Source: Nitrososphaerota archaeon
GTDB lineage: Archaea > Thermoproteota > Nitrososphaeria > Nitrososphaerales > UBA57
Length of the DNA stretch: 7,215 nucleotides
Assembly: GCA_013378385.1 (NCBI GenBank)
Contig: JACAFS010000047.1
Coordinates: 1 to 7,215 of the forward strand
Direction: 5' to 3'
Position numbers and translations under genes: made by a program. The notes beneath the pieces were generated by a model, which was given only the letters and a program-made list of their open reading frames with translations, was not told the origin of the DNA and did no database searches. Positions 5,699 to 7,215 of this stretch are shown piece after piece; position 1 is the first letter of the stretch, and each line of letters starts with the position of its first letter.

Positions 5699-5737
5699 TG
5701 GCCAGATTTCAATATAACGTGAGAAAGGGCAATTATA

Positions 5738-7215
5738 ATGACAGGCGAGAGATTAGAGGAGTTATGTATCAATACAATTAGATTTTTGTCGGTTGATGCT
5801 GTAGAAGCGGCAAATTCAGGCCATCCGGGTCAGCCAATGGAAGCAGCGGCAATGGGATACAAATTATTTACGCAAATTTTAAAACATAATCCAAGCAATC
5901 CAAAATGGGTTAATCGAGATCGATTCATTTTATCATCAGGTCATGGATCAATGATACTATATGCATTGTTACATCTGTCAGGATATGATTTAGCTCTAGA
6001 CGAGATTAAGAAGTTTAGAAAACTGGGAAGTAAGGCTCCAGGTCATCCTGAATTTGGAGAGACTCCAGGTGTTGAAACAACTACCGGTCCATTAGGACAA
6101 GGTTTTAGTGCTGGTGTCGGTATGGCGTTTGCACAAAGGTATCTAGCTAACAGATTCAATACGAACGATCATAAAATAATCGATCACAAGATTTACGCAT
6201 TTTGCAGTGATGGAGACTTGATGGAAGGAATTTCTTCAGAAGCGGCTGCTGTTGCAGGTCACCAAAAATTCAATAATTTAATCTATGTTCACTTAGACAA
6301 TCACATTAGTATTGATGGAAATACTGAATTAACTACAAATGAAGACATAAAGAAGAGATTTGAAGCACATGGATGGTTTGTCCAGAATATTGAAGGAAAT
6401 GATTTATCGAGTTTTAGTGAAGCAATAAAGAATAGTCAAGAACAGGAGGAAAAACCTTCGTTAATTATTGCTAGAACGCATATTGGCTTCGGAAGTCCAA
6501 ATAAACAAGATAGTGAAGCTGCACACGGAGCTCCATTAGGAGCAGAAGAAACGAAGCTTACGAAAGAGAATTTAGGTTGGCCTTTAGAACCGACATTTTA
6601 TATTCCCGATGAAGTAAAGCAGGAATTTCAAAAAGTTGTGACTAACGGAGATGGTTATGAGAACAACTGGAATAAGATTTATGACGCGTATAAGAATGCA
6701 AATAAAGAACTAGCTGAAGAATTTGAAGATACAATAAATGGCAACCTTCCAAGTAATTGGGATAGCAATATGCCTACATTCAAAGAAGATGAGTCTCTTG
6801 CTACAAGGCAAGCGTCTGGAAAGACATTAAATGCATTGGCTGAGAATATTCCGGCCATAATTGGTGGATCAGCAGATTTGATGGATTCCACAAATGTACG
6901 AATTAAGAATTCAGTAGATTCTTTACCCGATGCCCCTCATGGACGAAATATCCATTTCGGTATAAGAGAACATGCAATGGGTGCAATAGTACATGGAATG
7001 GCTGCTTATGGAGGAGTAATTCCGTTTGGAAGTACATTCCTAATTTTTTCAGACTATATGAGAGGTTCGGTTAGATTGGCGTCTTTGATGGGATTACGTG
7101 TTGTTTTTGTCTATACTCACGATAGCATAGGAGTGGGTGAAGATGGCCCTACACATCAACCGATTGAACAAGTATCTAATTTACGTGCAGTGCCAAATCT
7201 TACTGTAATACGACC
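5738..7215 (+). CDS. tkt: Transketolase, full-length fused type (3' end beyond the window)
   Basis: My own translation from ATG 5738 is open to the window end (492 full codons). It gives MTGERLEELCINTIRFLSVDAVEAANSGHPGQPM..., SSGHGSMILYALLHLSGY, FRKLGSKAPGHPE, TTTGPLGQG, CSDGDLMEGISSEAA (ThDP/metal motif), LDNHISIDG and HGAPLG. It then continues without interruption into the Pyr domain: ATRQASGKTLNAL, GGSADL, HFGIREHAMGAI, THDSIGVGEDGPTHQPIEQ. The gene is absent from the supplied ORF track, presumably because it is open-ended. Confidence 0.93.
   Translation, partial: MTGERLEELCINTIRFLSVDAVEAANSGHPGQPMEAAAMGYKLFTQILKHNPSNPKWVNRDRFILSSGHGSMILYALLHLSGYDLALDEIKKFRKLGSKAPGHPEFGETPGVETTTGPLGQGFSAGVGMAFAQRYLANRFNTNDHKIIDHKIYAFCSDGDLMEGISSEAAAVAGHQKFNNLIYVHLDNHISIDGNTELTTNEDIKKRFEAHGWFVQNIEGNDLSSFSEAIKNSQEQEEKPSLIIARTHIGFGSPNKQDSEAAHGAPLGAEETKLTKENLGWPLEPTFYIPDEVKQEFQKVVTNGDGYENNWNKIYDAYKNANKELAEEFEDTINGNLPSNWDSNMPTFKEDESLATRQASGKTLNALAENIPAIIGGSADLMDSTNVRIKNSVDSLPDAPHGRNIHFGIREHAMGAIVHGMAAYGGVIPFGSTFLIFSDYMRGSVRLASLMGLRVVFVYTHDSIGVGEDGPTHQPIEQVSNLRAVPNLTVIR

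Noticed and set aside
5699-5737. Possible TPP riboswitch in the transketolase leader (a UGAGA-like element at 5720-5724)
   Set aside because: The predicted leader is only a few tens of nt, too short for a THI-box aptamer. The other conserved THI-box segments are absent.
5458-5781. 107-aa plus-strand ORF spanning the tal 5' end, the divergent spacer and the tkt start
   Set aside because: It overlaps two well-supported genes and the promoter region in a different frame. It would destroy the otherwise consistent promoter geometry, and it has no recognisable domain.
6679-6891. 70-aa minus-strand ORF inside tkt
   Set aside because: It is an antisense shadow ORF within the transketolase reading frame.
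1-7215. CRISPR arrays, transposase or integrase genes, long direct or inverted repeats, tRNA or rRNA genes
   Set aside because: None was found on inspection. The intergenic space totals roughly 340 nt and is fully accounted for by promoter and terminator elements.

Overview
AT-rich, tightly packed window with six protein-coding genes and no RNA genes, CRISPR arrays, mobile elements or long repeats that I can see. Gene order: a divergent stand-alone Hsp70/DnaK-like chaperone (+, 96..1904); convergent terminators (1905..1989); then a minus-strand block of transaldolase (5639->4947), extended-SDR NAD-dependent epimerase/dehydratase (4941->3982), form III-type RuBisCO large subunit (3911/3920->2520) and an unrecognised 175-aa ORF (2517->1990). 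A full-length fused transketolase (5738->window end, partial) is divergently transcribed from the transaldolase. Signal architecture looks archaeal. TATA-like boxes sit about 28-36 nt upstream of the first gene of each unit, leaving almost no leader. Shine-Dalgarno motifs occur only in front of the internal genes. Oligo-T tracts sit at the unit ends. The most interesting feature is the 175-aa ORF, which is translationally coupled to the RuBisCO gene (2-nt gap, AAGGAG inside the rbcL 3' end, shared terminator). It is a candidate RuBisCO-associated factor for an enzyme class normally considered large-subunit-only. The RuBisCO sits among non-oxidative pentose-phosphate genes (tkt, tal), not the AMP-salvage or phosphoribulokinase partners that are its usual context. 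All functional calls come from motif recognition by eye and recalled reference sequences; no database search was run.
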